Below are positions 53,595 to 62,345 of a stretch of 64,000 nucleotides of DNA, in pieces; within the stretch, counting starts at the first letter, position 1; each line of letters opens with the position of its first letter. Below the pieces are notes generated by a model. That model was not told the origin of the DNA and made no database searches. It worked only from the letters and a program-made list of their open reading frames with translations. The translations under genes were made by a program, and so were the position numbers. Source of the DNA: an uncultured Verrucomicrobiales bacterium (GTDB lineage: Bacteria > Verrucomicrobiota > Verrucomicrobiia > Verrucomicrobiales > Akkermansiaceae); assembly GCA_937905985.1 (NCBI GenBank), contig CALCWC010000026.1, forward strand, positions 24,376 through 88,375, read 5' to 3'.

Positions 53595-55961
53595 ATGGCC
53601 CCTATTCAATCCAAAAAAGAGATGAGTGAAGAGGATATCAAACGCCACTTCATCACACCCGCTTTGGAACGGCGGTGGGACAAGATGCAAATCTCCATGG
53701 AGGCCCCGATTACAGACGGCAGGGTCAATATCCAGGGCAACAAGCCCGTCCGGGAGAATCCCAAGAAGGCGGATTACCTGCTCTACTTGAACGACAACAA
53801 CCCCATTGCCGTGGTGGAGGCCAAGGACAACAAGCACAGCATCACGGCGGGCTTGCAGCAGGCCATGGAGTACGCGCAGATGATGGATTTGCCCTTTGCG
53901 TACAGCTCCAACGGCGACGGCTTCGCCGAGCATGATTTCCTGACCGGGAAGGAACGCATCTTCGGCATGGAGGAGTTCCCCACGCACGATGAGCTGGTGG
54001 CGCGCTTCTACGCGGCGCAGAACGGCGGCCAGGGTATCTCCGAGCCCCAGCAAAGGGCCATTGAGCAGCCCTATTATTCCGATATCAAGACACCCACCCC
54101 GCGCTACTACCAGCGCGTGGCCATCAACCGCACCATGGATGCCGTGGCGCGCGGACAAGACCGCATCCTGCTCGTCATGGCCACCGGCACGGGCAAGACC
54201 TACACCGCGTTCCAGATTGTCCACCGCCTGCTCAAAAGCGGCATGAAGCGCCGGGTGCTCTACTTGGCAGACCGCAATTTCCTGGTGGACACCTCCATCC
54301 AGCAGGATTTCAAGCCGCTGGAGAAGGTCACCCACAAGGTCAACTACCAGAAGGAGGACCCCGCCACCACCACCTCCTACCAGATGTATTTCTCCCTGTA
54401 CCAGCAGCTCGTGGGCGAGGACGGAGAGGAGGAGCATTACCGCACCTTGTTCACGGAGGACTTCTTCGACCTCATCATCGTGGACGAGTGCCACCGCGGC
54501 TCCGCCAAGGCGGATAGCCAGTGGCGCCGCGTGCTGCAGTATTTCAAGGGTGCCACGCAAATCGGCATGACCGCCACGCCCAAGGAAACCACGTACGCAT
54601 CCAATATCGACTACTTCGGCGAACCTCTATACACCTACAGCCTCAACCAGGGTATACAGGATGGTTTCCTCGCTCCCTTCCGCGTGATTACGCCACTCCT
54701 CAACATTGCAGAAGGGTGGCGGCCGTACAAGGACCAGGTGGACAAGTTCGGCAACCCCATCGAGGACCGCATCTACAACAACTGCGATTTCGACCGACAT
54801 ATCGTCCTAGAGGACCGAACGAGGGAGGTTGCCCAAACTGTCACCAACTTCCTGAAACGCACGGACCGCATGGCTAAGACCATTGTGTTCTGCGTGGATG
54901 AGGATGCGGCAGAGCGCATGCGCATGGAGCTCTCCAACATGAACGCCGACTTGGTGAAGCAAAACCCGGATTACGTGGTGCGTATCACCGGCAGCGATGT
55001 CTACGGCAAGAAAAAGCTCTCAGCCTTCCTCTCCGTGGGTGAGAAATACCCGGTCATTGCCACCACCTCCATGCTGCTCACCACTGGCGCAGATTGCAAG
55101 ATGACCAAGCTCATCGTGCTGGACAAGACCATCGGCTCCATGTCCGAGTTCAAGCAAATCATCGGGCGCGGCACCCGCTTGCGCTTCAATGACGGAAAGA
55201 CGCATTTCACCGTCATGGATCTGCGGCAGGTCACGCGCCTTTTTGCCGACCCGGATTGGGACGGTCCCATCATCCAAGACCCGGACTACGACCCCGAAGG
55301 AGGCAATGATTTGCAGGGAGGGGAAAATCTCCCGCCAGATCCGCCGCTGCCCCCGCTGCCGCCTCACCAGCACCACTACAAGCCCATCGTAGCCGCGGAC
55401 GGCTGCCGCGTGGAAACCACCCTCGTCACCGTGGCATACTATGATGCCGACGGCAGGCTGCTGCGCCAGGAAAGCATCACGGACTACACCAAAAAGAACG
55501 TCATGGCCGAGTACGCCTCGCTGGACGGTTTCATCCGCCACTGGTCCGCCGCCGACAAGAAGGCGCAAATCAAGTCCATGTTTGCAGAAAAGGGCATCGA
55601 CCTGGAGGGCGTGAAGAAAGAACAGGGCATGGAGGGTGTGGACGATTTCGATTTCATCTGCCACGTCGCGTTCGGCAGAAAGCCCCTCACCCGCCGTGAG
55701 CGTGCCAACAACGTCCGCAAGCAGGATTTCTTCGGCAAGTACAGCGGCCCCGCACGAGAAGTGCTGGAGGACCTGCTGGACCGCTACGCGGATGTGGGCG
55801 TGTACGAGCTGGAGGACATGAACGTGCTGAAGCTGGAGCCCTTCTGCCGAAGGGGCGCCGTGGCGCAAATCATCGGTGCCTTCGGCGGCAGGGACAACTA
55901 CCTCAGCGCTGTCCGCGAACTGGAGCGCGCCATCTATTCATCACAGGCTGTTAATTTATGA
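53595..55961 (+). CDS. hsdR: Type I restriction enzyme R subunit (EcoEI-like C-terminal domain)
   Basis: 788 aa. The N-terminal PD-(D/E)XK motif is DYLLYL...AVVEAKD. Helicase motifs are MATGTGKT, DECHR and MTATP. The C-terminal region resembles EcoEI_R_C. Confidence 0.92.
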   Translation: MAPIQSKKEMSEEDIKRHFITPALERRWDKMQISMEAPITDGRVNIQGNKPVRENPKKADYLLYLNDNNPIAVVEAKDNKHSITAGLQQAMEYAQMMDLPFAYSSNGDGFAEHDFLTGKERIFGMEEFPTHDELVARFYAAQNGGQGISEPQQRAIEQPYYSDIKTPTPRYYQRVAINRTMDAVARGQDRILLVMATGTGKTYTAFQIVHRLLKSGMKRRVLYLADRNFLVDTSIQQDFKPLEKVTHKVNYQKEDPATTTSYQMYFSLYQQLVGEDGEEEHYRTLFTEDFFDLIIVDECHRGSAKADSQWRRVLQYFKGATQIGMTATPKETTYASNIDYFGEPLYTYSLNQGIQDGFLAPFRVITPLLNIAEGWRPYKDQVDKFGNPIEDRIYNNCDFDRHIVLEDRTREVAQTVTNFLKRTDRMAKTIVFCVDEDAAERMRMELSNMNADLVKQNPDYVVRITGSDVYGKKKLSAFLSVGEKYPVIATTSMLLTTGADCKMTKLIVLDKTIGSMSEFKQIIGRGTRLRFNDGKTHFTVMDLRQVTRLFADPDWDGPIIQDPDYDPEGGNDLQGGENLPPDPPLPPLPPHQHHYKPIVAADGCRVETTLVTVAYYDADGRLLRQESITDYTKKNVMAEYASLDGFIRHWSAADKKAQIKSMFAEKGIDLEGVKKEQGMEGVDDFDFICHVAFGRKPLTRRERANNVRKQDFFGKYSGPAREVLEDLLDRYADVGVYELEDMNVLKLEPFCRRGAVAQIIGAFGGRDNYLSAVRELERAIYSSQAVNL

Positions 55962-57433
55962 GCAACGTATCGAGCTTTGTCAAACGTTTCCGCGACATCA
56001 TGCGGAACGACCCCGGTATCAACGGCGATGCCCAGCGCATCGAGCAGATTGCATGGATGCTTTTCCTCAAGGTCTACGACACCAAGGAGGCCGACTGGGA
56101 GGCCACCGAGGAGGATTACAAGTCCATCATCCCCGAACAATGCCGCTGGAGAAACTGGGCCGTGGACGACAAGCGCGGGCGCGCCTCCACCGGTGACGAG
56201 CTGCTGGAGTTTGTGAACGCCAAGCTCTTCCCCACGCTCCAGACACTGCCCGTTACCAGCAACACGCCCGTGCGGCAGGCCATCGTTCAGGCTGCCTTTG
56301 CAGACGTACACAACTACATGAAAGATGGCGTGCTGCTGCGCCAGGTGCTCAACGTCATTGACGAGCTGCGGCTCGACGACTACACGGAAAGCCACGCCTT
56401 CGCGGAGATTTACGAGTCCATCCTCCGCGAGCTCCAGAGCGCCGGCAGCTCCGGCGAGTTCTACACGCCGCGCGCCGTTACCGATTTCATCGCCAAGATG
56501 GTACAGCCCAAAATCGGCGAGACGATGGCGGACTTCGCCTGCGGCACCGGCGGCTTCATCACCTCATGGCTGAAGGTGCTTCAAAATCAAACAAAGCGAG
56601 TGGAAGATGTATCCACGCTCAATTCTTCCTTCTACGGCATCGAGAAGAAGCAATTCCCCTACACCCTTTGCATCACCAACCTCTTGCTTCATGGCTTGGA
56701 CTCCCCCAACGTGGTGCACGACAACTCGCTCTCCCGCGATTTGCTCGACTACACCGAGAGAGACGCCTTTGACGTCATTCTCATGAATCCTCCATACGGC
56801 GGCGCGGAAAAGGATTCCATCAAGCAGCACTTCCCCGCAGATTTGGCCAGCAGCGAGACCGCGGACCTCTTCATGGCCGTCATCCTCCGCCGCCTCAAGC
56901 GCGATGGCCGCGCCGCTGTCGTCCTGCCGGACGGCTTCCTCTTCGGAACGGATGGCGCCAAGGTCGCACTGAAGAAGAAGCTGCTCAAGGAGTTCAACCT
57001 CCATACCATCGTGCGCCTTCCCGGAAGCGTGTTCGCACCGTACACCTCCATCACCACCAATATCCTTTTCTTCGACCACACCCAACCCACCAAGGAGACC
57101 TGGTTCTACCGCTTGGATATGCCCCAGGGCTACAAGCATTTCTCCAAGACCAAGCCCATGCTGCTGGACCACTTCGCCCCCGTCATCGAATGGTGGAACA
57201 AGCGCAAGCCTATTCAGGAAGACGGCTTCGACAAGGCCCGCAAATTCTCCGCCAGGGAGCTGGCGGACAACGGCTACAACCTCGACCTCTGCGGCTTCCC
57301 CCACAAGTCGGAGGAAGTGCTCGATCCCCTCGACCTCATCCAGCAGTACCAGGAGCGCCGCGCTTCCCTCAACGCCAAGATTGACCGCACCCTCGCGGAT
57401 ATCACGGCCATGCTCAAAGGAACAGAAGAATGA
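55958..57433 (+). CDS. hsdM: Type I restriction-modification methyltransferase subunit
   Basis: 491 aa with an ATGA overlap with hsdR. The AdoMet motif is DFACGTGGF and the catalytic motif is NPPYGG. An HsdM_N-like N-terminus is present. Confidence 0.95.
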   Translation: MSNVSSFVKRFRDIMRNDPGINGDAQRIEQIAWMLFLKVYDTKEADWEATEEDYKSIIPEQCRWRNWAVDDKRGRASTGDELLEFVNAKLFPTLQTLPVTSNTPVRQAIVQAAFADVHNYMKDGVLLRQVLNVIDELRLDDYTESHAFAEIYESILRELQSAGSSGEFYTPRAVTDFIAKMVQPKIGETMADFACGTGGFITSWLKVLQNQTKRVEDVSTLNSSFYGIEKKQFPYTLCITNLLLHGLDSPNVVHDNSLSRDLLDYTERDAFDVILMNPPYGGAEKDSIKQHFPADLASSETADLFMAVILRRLKRDGRAAVVLPDGFLFGTDGAKVALKKKLLKEFNLHTIVRLPGSVFAPYTSITTNILFFDHTQPTKETWFYRLDMPQGYKHFSKTKPMLLDHFAPVIEWWNKRKPIQEDGFDKARKFSARELADNGYNLDLCGFPHKSEEVLDPLDLIQQYQERRASLNAKIDRTLADITAMLKGTEE

Positions 57434-58890
57434 CACCGGAACAGCTCAAAGCCAGCATCCTTCAGCTCGCCATCCAAGGCAAGCTCGTTCCCCAGCGCCC
57501 CGACGAAGGCACAGCAGAGGAATTCTACCAACAAATCCAGAGGGAAAAGAAAAAGCTCACCGCCGCCGGCAAGCTCAAGAAAGAAAAGCCCCTCCCTCCC
57601 ATCTCAGAAGACGAAATCCCCTTCGATATTCCAGAATCTTGGAAGTGGGTAAGGCTGGGGGAAATAGCGAAAGTTTTGGGTGGCAAGCGTATACCTGCTG
57701 GTAGAAGATTGACAATTGAAAATACAGGACATATTTATATCCGTGTATCGGATATGAAAGACGGCAGCGTATCAATGGAGAAATTGCAATATGTGCCATG
57801 TGATATCTACCAGTCAATATCCAAGTATGTTATACAAAAGGAAGATGTATACATCACAGTAGCTGGAACAATAGGGCGCGTGGGTAAAATACCAGCTCAG
57901 TTGGATGGCGCGAATCTCACAGAAAATGCTGACCGACTTATTATAAAGGAAATTAATCAAGATTGGTTCATATATTCCTTGAGTTCTTTCTGTGTACAGG
58001 AACAAATTGCAAATTGCACCACTAAGGTTGGACAACCTAAATTGGCAATCAAAAGAATTGAAGCGTTCCTTATCCCTCTCCCCCCATTGGCAGAGCAGCA
58101 GCGCATTGTGGAGAAGATAGAGCAGATGCTCCCGCTGGTGGAGCAGTACGGCGAAGCCTACACCGTCTTGGAATCCCTGGATGCCCGTTTCCCGGACGAC
58201 ATGCGCAAGAGCATTCTCCAGTACGCCATCCAAGGCAAGCTCGTTCCCCAGCGCCCGGAAGAAGGCACCGCAGAAGAACTCTACCAGCAAATTCAGAAGG
58301 AAAAGAAGAAGCTCAACGCCGCAGGCAAGCTCAAGAAAGAAAAGCCCCTCCCTCCCATCACAGAAGAAGAAATTCCCTTCGATATCCCAGATTCCTGGAA
58401 GTGGGTGCATATGGGGGATATATTCGCGCACAACACAGGCAAGGCGCAAAATTCCACTGCTGAAACGCGGAACGGCATTCTCCGAAAGTTTATCACAACC
58501 TCAAACGTGTACTGGAACCGCTTCGATTTTTCCAAAGTGAAAGAAATGCTGTTCACCGAGAATGAAATCGAAAAATGCACTGTACAAAAAGGGGACTTGC
58601 TCGTGTGCGAGGGAGGTGATTGTGGTAGGGCCGCCATCTGGCAAGATGACGAGAGCATGTGCATCCAGAACCATATTCACCGGCTTCGCCCCTATGTGGG
58701 TGTGGAGATCATGTTCTTCTATTACGTTTTCTGGTTATTGAAGCAGACTGGTTATTTAAACGGCAAAGGCGTAGGCATCAAAGGGCTATCAAGCAATACG
58801 CTCCACAAACTCCCATGCCCCTTGCCACCCTTGAAAGAGCAGCGCCGCATTGTAGAGAAGATGGTTGAAATACCGCCTATAATAAGTTGA
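57430..58890 (+). CDS. hsdS: Type I restriction-modification specificity subunit
   Basis: 486 aa with an ATGA overlap with hsdM. Two AT-rich target recognition domains are each preceded by a conserved region (ILQ.AIQGKLVPQRP.EGTAEE.YQQIQ.EKKKL.AAGKLKKEKPLPPI) and followed by PLPPL.EQ.RIVEK. Confidence 0.92.
   Translation: MTPEQLKASILQLAIQGKLVPQRPDEGTAEEFYQQIQREKKKLTAAGKLKKEKPLPPISEDEIPFDIPESWKWVRLGEIAKVLGGKRIPAGRRLTIENTGHIYIRVSDMKDGSVSMEKLQYVPCDIYQSISKYVIQKEDVYITVAGTIGRVGKIPAQLDGANLTENADRLIIKEINQDWFIYSLSSFCVQEQIANCTTKVGQPKLAIKRIEAFLIPLPPLAEQQRIVEKIEQMLPLVEQYGEAYTVLESLDARFPDDMRKSILQYAIQGKLVPQRPEEGTAEELYQQIQKEKKKLNAAGKLKKEKPLPPITEEEIPFDIPDSWKWVHMGDIFAHNTGKAQNSTAETRNGILRKFITTSNVYWNRFDFSKVKEMLFTENEIEKCTVQKGDLLVCEGGDCGRAAIWQDDESMCIQNHIHRLRPYVGVEIMFFYYVFWLLKQTGYLNGKGVGIKGLSSNTLHKLPCPLPPLKEQRRIVEKMVEIPPIIS
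57468..57650 (+). repeat. hsdS conserved-region direct repeat (partner at 58224-58405)
   Basis: About 180 bp are repeated within hsdS at high identity. This is the normal architecture that permits target-recognition-domain shuffling. Confidence 0.8.
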
Positions 58891-58964
58891 AATTGGTAGC
58901 AACAAAGAAAAGAAGTAGAAATGTGCTTCAGAAGAATATTTAAAATTCAATTAGAAAACTGTAT

Positions 58965-61577
58965 ATGTTACAAATAATAAAAAAATATCCTCTTGCTGTT
59001 AGCGCGCTGCTAACATTGATTTGCTATTCAGTATGGCGTGTATTCATAAGTTGCATTACATTTGAAAATTGGGGACAATTTATCGCGAAAAATTGGAATT
59101 TTCTTATTATTGGAGAAATACTCTCCATAGTTTGCGTAATTGAACTACATTTAAGGAAAAAACAGAATGGCATATTCTTCGTGACTCTAATTTTTGGCGC
59201 TCTGATTCTCTTTGCCCTTCTTGCCTGTGGCGATTGGGATGGTTGGCAAAAGATAATGGCAGCGATGGCCTATTGTTATGCAATGTTGCTATTGCTTCGA
59301 ATGCCCAATAATAATTCTGCGAAAGAGACGAAAGACGAAGGGGAAAACCTGAATCGCAGCAAATTGTACGGAGGAGTTTGTACATGGATTCGTAGGATGA
59401 GCATTACAGGGACGTCAGGTAAGGCGATTGCGATAACAGGTGAGTGGGGTTCAGGTAAATCGCACCTCAGCCGATATGTTAATAGGAACTTGACGAAAAA
59501 ATGGGACTTGGACAATAATTTTGACGGCTATATAGGTGAGTACGCGATATGTGAGATAGATCTGTGGGGCACTCGCAATATTGAAGATGTGTGGAGGATG
59601 GTAGAGCAGCAATTGATGGATGTCGTTGGTGAACCTGTGATAAGCAGAGTCGAGATAGGCAACAATATATTCTATTATTTGCTGAACTTCGTTTTAGGCG
59701 GGAATTCTGATATACATAATGCCGTCAGGAATTTAGTACAGAATGACGTTGCAGGAAAAGTAAAAGAAAGCGCAAATATTATAGCTGAAAAACTTATCAA
59801 ATCTAAAGATAAAAAGTTTGCAATAATTTTTTTTGATGATTTGGAAAGGGCAAACACTAAAGTCATTCAGAACTTGCTTCCATTGTTCGAAAGGCTGAAA
59901 TCAATTAAAAACTTATTTATTGTGTGCAATTATTCGCCTGCTGAAATTAACAATAAACTGCGGGGACGCGGAATAGGTTGCATAGACGCGGAGGCGTATC
60001 TTTCGAAAATTTTTGATGTGAAGTTCGATATACCCAAAATTCATGATCTCGCGTGTTCAGAATATATCAAAATGGTATTTGAAGAAAAAAAGTTCAACTC
60101 TCCTCTAGCTAGGCGTTTCATGCTGAGAGAAAAAATACATTTTGAAACACCTCGTCAAATTCAAAGGATTGCAGATAGGCTGGCGAGTGTTGAACATTTA
60201 TATATCTATGATTATTCTGACACCGCTTGGAAAAAATTATTTTCTGTAAAGGCTATATTTTTGGCCGTCTGTGCAGAGACTATTAAACCTGGTATATCCA
60301 GAGAAATGCTTGCTTATGGAGTGGCAGAATATTTGACAGATGTGCATGGTGGTACGTCCAGTCCCAATGCAGCTAGGCAAATTGCTTGGGATAATATTTG
60401 CCAGGAAACAAACAGGTTCATTCGTCAACATAGTGTTCTTGATGAGATAATTAAAAAAATGCAGGACTATATTGCGAACGAACATATTTCACGTTTGATA
60501 AATGCATTAAATAATTCATATATGTACAAGGCGGCCCTTACTCTTAGCGACGTTGAGGGAATGATTAGTTCCTTGGACATATCATCTAAATCTCGCGTAA
60601 AACGATTGATTTTGAATGGAGGCAACTCGGTCATCCCTTTACAAATGATGCTTTCAATCGAGCTGTTTTATAAAGTTTGCATGGAAAAAATCGATAATGA
60701 TAAAAAGTACTCATATGCTATATTTTCTACATTAAAGGCAGAGCGCAACAATTCAGCTTGGATTGTTGCAGATGATAAATTGCCGTATCAGCACCGCTCT
60801 CAATACTTTATTGACTTATTAAATTCATTGACTCGGACTAGCGATACGTCAATTACAAATTGTATTATAAAATCTTGCGTCCAGCTGATGCGTTGTACTG
60901 GGATCACGTCTTTAACGAAAATCTTGGACTATTTTTGTAATAATAGCATAACACACGAACGTTCTAGCAACAAATATACCATAGAATCGTCAAATCACTA
61001 TCATCCGCTTGAAGCATCTCGAAAATCAGGGAAATATCTATTTAAATATGCCTCGAATCAGTTAGGCGTCAAGTTTTGCATTTTTCTTCTTCGTTATTTC
61101 AAAAAACCCTCTGAGTCTTTTTTAGTAGATATTCGCCTTTTCCTTTTTCATGATAGCAGTCAAAACATATATGATGTTTATTCAACAATCACAAACGGCG
61201 TGTGCTACTTTCTTAGTAAGCGGCCTAGACTAATACCAGTTTTGCAAGTTGCAGCTATGAATTTCATTATTTGGCCTCGCTCTATACGGTCAAATGTGCG
61301 TATACATGGCCTGACCACTTTGGAATTCAGGATGGTTAAGGCTATTTTGGACTTTAGGCCTCAATCGAAGTTGCAGAGTTATGTCCATGTGGATGTCCCT
61401 TTTTTGCAGAAAGTCCTTTCTTCTGCAATCAATGCGCTCAATGAACGAACATACCATATGGATCCGTTCGGCAGAGACTTAGAGCATTTGATTCCTCAAC
61501 AAGATAAGGTAGAGCTGCTTGATTCTTTACAGTCTTTATATGCTTTTTATGCTGGTATTTACCCTGATTTTCATTAA
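58965..61577 (+). CDS. KAP-family P-loop NTPase with N-terminal ~4-TM membrane domain
   Basis: 870 aa and strongly AT-rich. About four hydrophobic helices lie in the first 115 aa. The KAP-type Walker A is AITGEWGSGKSH and the Walker B is IIFFDDLERAN. It starts 75 bp downstream of hsdS on the same strand. Confidence 0.8.
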   Translation: MLQIIKKYPLAVSALLTLICYSVWRVFISCITFENWGQFIAKNWNFLIIGEILSIVCVIELHLRKKQNGIFFVTLIFGALILFALLACGDWDGWQKIMAAMAYCYAMLLLLRMPNNNSAKETKDEGENLNRSKLYGGVCTWIRRMSITGTSGKAIAITGEWGSGKSHLSRYVNRNLTKKWDLDNNFDGYIGEYAICEIDLWGTRNIEDVWRMVEQQLMDVVGEPVISRVEIGNNIFYYLLNFVLGGNSDIHNAVRNLVQNDVAGKVKESANIIAEKLIKSKDKKFAIIFFDDLERANTKVIQNLLPLFERLKSIKNLFIVCNYSPAEINNKLRGRGIGCIDAEAYLSKIFDVKFDIPKIHDLACSEYIKMVFEEKKFNSPLARRFMLREKIHFETPRQIQRIADRLASVEHLYIYDYSDTAWKKLFSVKAIFLAVCAETIKPGISREMLAYGVAEYLTDVHGGTSSPNAARQIAWDNICQETNRFIRQHSVLDEIIKKMQDYIANEHISRLINALNNSYMYKAALTLSDVEGMISSLDISSKSRVKRLILNGGNSVIPLQMMLSIELFYKVCMEKIDNDKKYSYAIFSTLKAERNNSAWIVADDKLPYQHRSQYFIDLLNSLTRTSDTSITNCIIKSCVQLMRCTGITSLTKILDYFCNNSITHERSSNKYTIESSNHYHPLEASRKSGKYLFKYASNQLGVKFCIFLLRYFKKPSESFLVDIRLFLFHDSSQNIYDVYSTITNGVCYFLSKRPRLIPVLQVAAMNFIIWPRSIRSNVRIHGLTTLEFRMVKAILDFRPQSKLQSYVHVDVPFLQKVLSSAINALNERTYHMDPFGRDLEHLIPQQDKVELLDSLQSLYAFYAGIYPDFH

Positions 61578-61669
61578 GCGTATACTATCATAAATTTGCA
61601 TAACGTTTCGTCTGCCTTTTGATCTTTTACTTATGTAAGAGTAGCCCGTGTTACTCTTCTGGTGTTGGG

Positions 61670-61689
61670 AGCATGCCCTGCGGCATGCT
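61670..61689 (+). terminator. Possible terminator hairpin after the KAP gene
   Basis: Stem AGCATGCC pairs with GGCATGCT around loop ctgc. No T-run follows. A second hairpin AAGAGTA/TACTCTT lies just upstream. Confidence 0.35.
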
Positions 61690-61853
61690 TCTGTGAACGG
61701 GTTATTCTCCTCGAGTTATTGAAACTCGAGCAGGATGAACCTATAACGTGCTGCGAGCGGCTTGCTTGGCCTTGTATTGGGTGAGGGCGTAGTCTTGGGC
61801 TTGGTCCAGGGTTGCGATTTGGTTGTGGTTTCTGAGGAGGCGGGAGGCAGTTG

Positions 61854-61881
61854 GATTTACGATTTACGATTTACGATTTAA
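61854..61881. repeat. Heptamer tandem array (GATTTAC)x4
   Basis: Reads gatttac gatttac gatttac gatttaa, followed by hairpin CGCGCC-tag-CGGCGCG (61886-61903). It is the reverse-complement equivalent of 19050-19116. Confidence 0.85.
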
Positions 61882-62075
61882 GAAGTCAGCGCGCCTAGCG
61901 GCGCGAGTCAACGTGCGGCGGCATAATGCCGCCGCATAACGGGCGCACCGCGTCCGTTATCCGAGCCGCGCGCCAACCAGGCCGCGCGACACAATACTAC
62001 CCCCACACTACTATCTCCCCGCCAACAAAAACATTCCCCTCTCTCTTCTTCAGCGCTCGTTTACCAGTCTAAAAG

Positions 62076-62121
62076 TTGACATTTGTCCATGCCGTTGCAG
62101 GTGTGGATGGATAAATGTCAA
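62076..62121. promoter_or_regulatory. Large palindrome TTGACATTTGTCCAT-16nt-ATGGATAAATGTCAA
   Basis: 15-bp arms with one mismatch, about 225 bp downstream of the fucI stop. Function unknown. Confidence 0.3.
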
Positions 62122-62345
62122 TTGGGATTTGACTTTCGGGAGGCGCTGTTTGCGATTGCCGCTTCGTTGTAAAGTGAAGGCGTGGTTAAAAGGGGGTGGG
62201 TGATAGGGCAGAAAAGTGCCCCCATTCGGCGGGGAGCCGGATGGGGGCGGTGAATGGACGCGGGGTGCGCCGAACTTACAAATTGTACCTGGTACTTAGC
62301 CCGCCTCGGCGAAACCTTGGCGGAGAGGGGTACCTAGTACCTTCG

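Noticed and set aside
57468-58405. The internal ~180-bp direct repeat in hsdS, considered as a possible phase-variation shufflon.
   Set aside because: This is the normal duplicated conserved region of type I S subunits. There is no second hsdS copy, no inverted repeat and no nearby recombinase to support shuffling.
61741-61845. A ~35-codon minus-strand gene tail (...ASRLLRNHNQIATLDQAQDYALTQYKAKQAARSTL) ending at 61741.
   Set aside because: The frame is closed by a stop inside the heptamer array and has no start codon. I could not identify the family, so it is probably the stump of a gene displaced by the repeat module.
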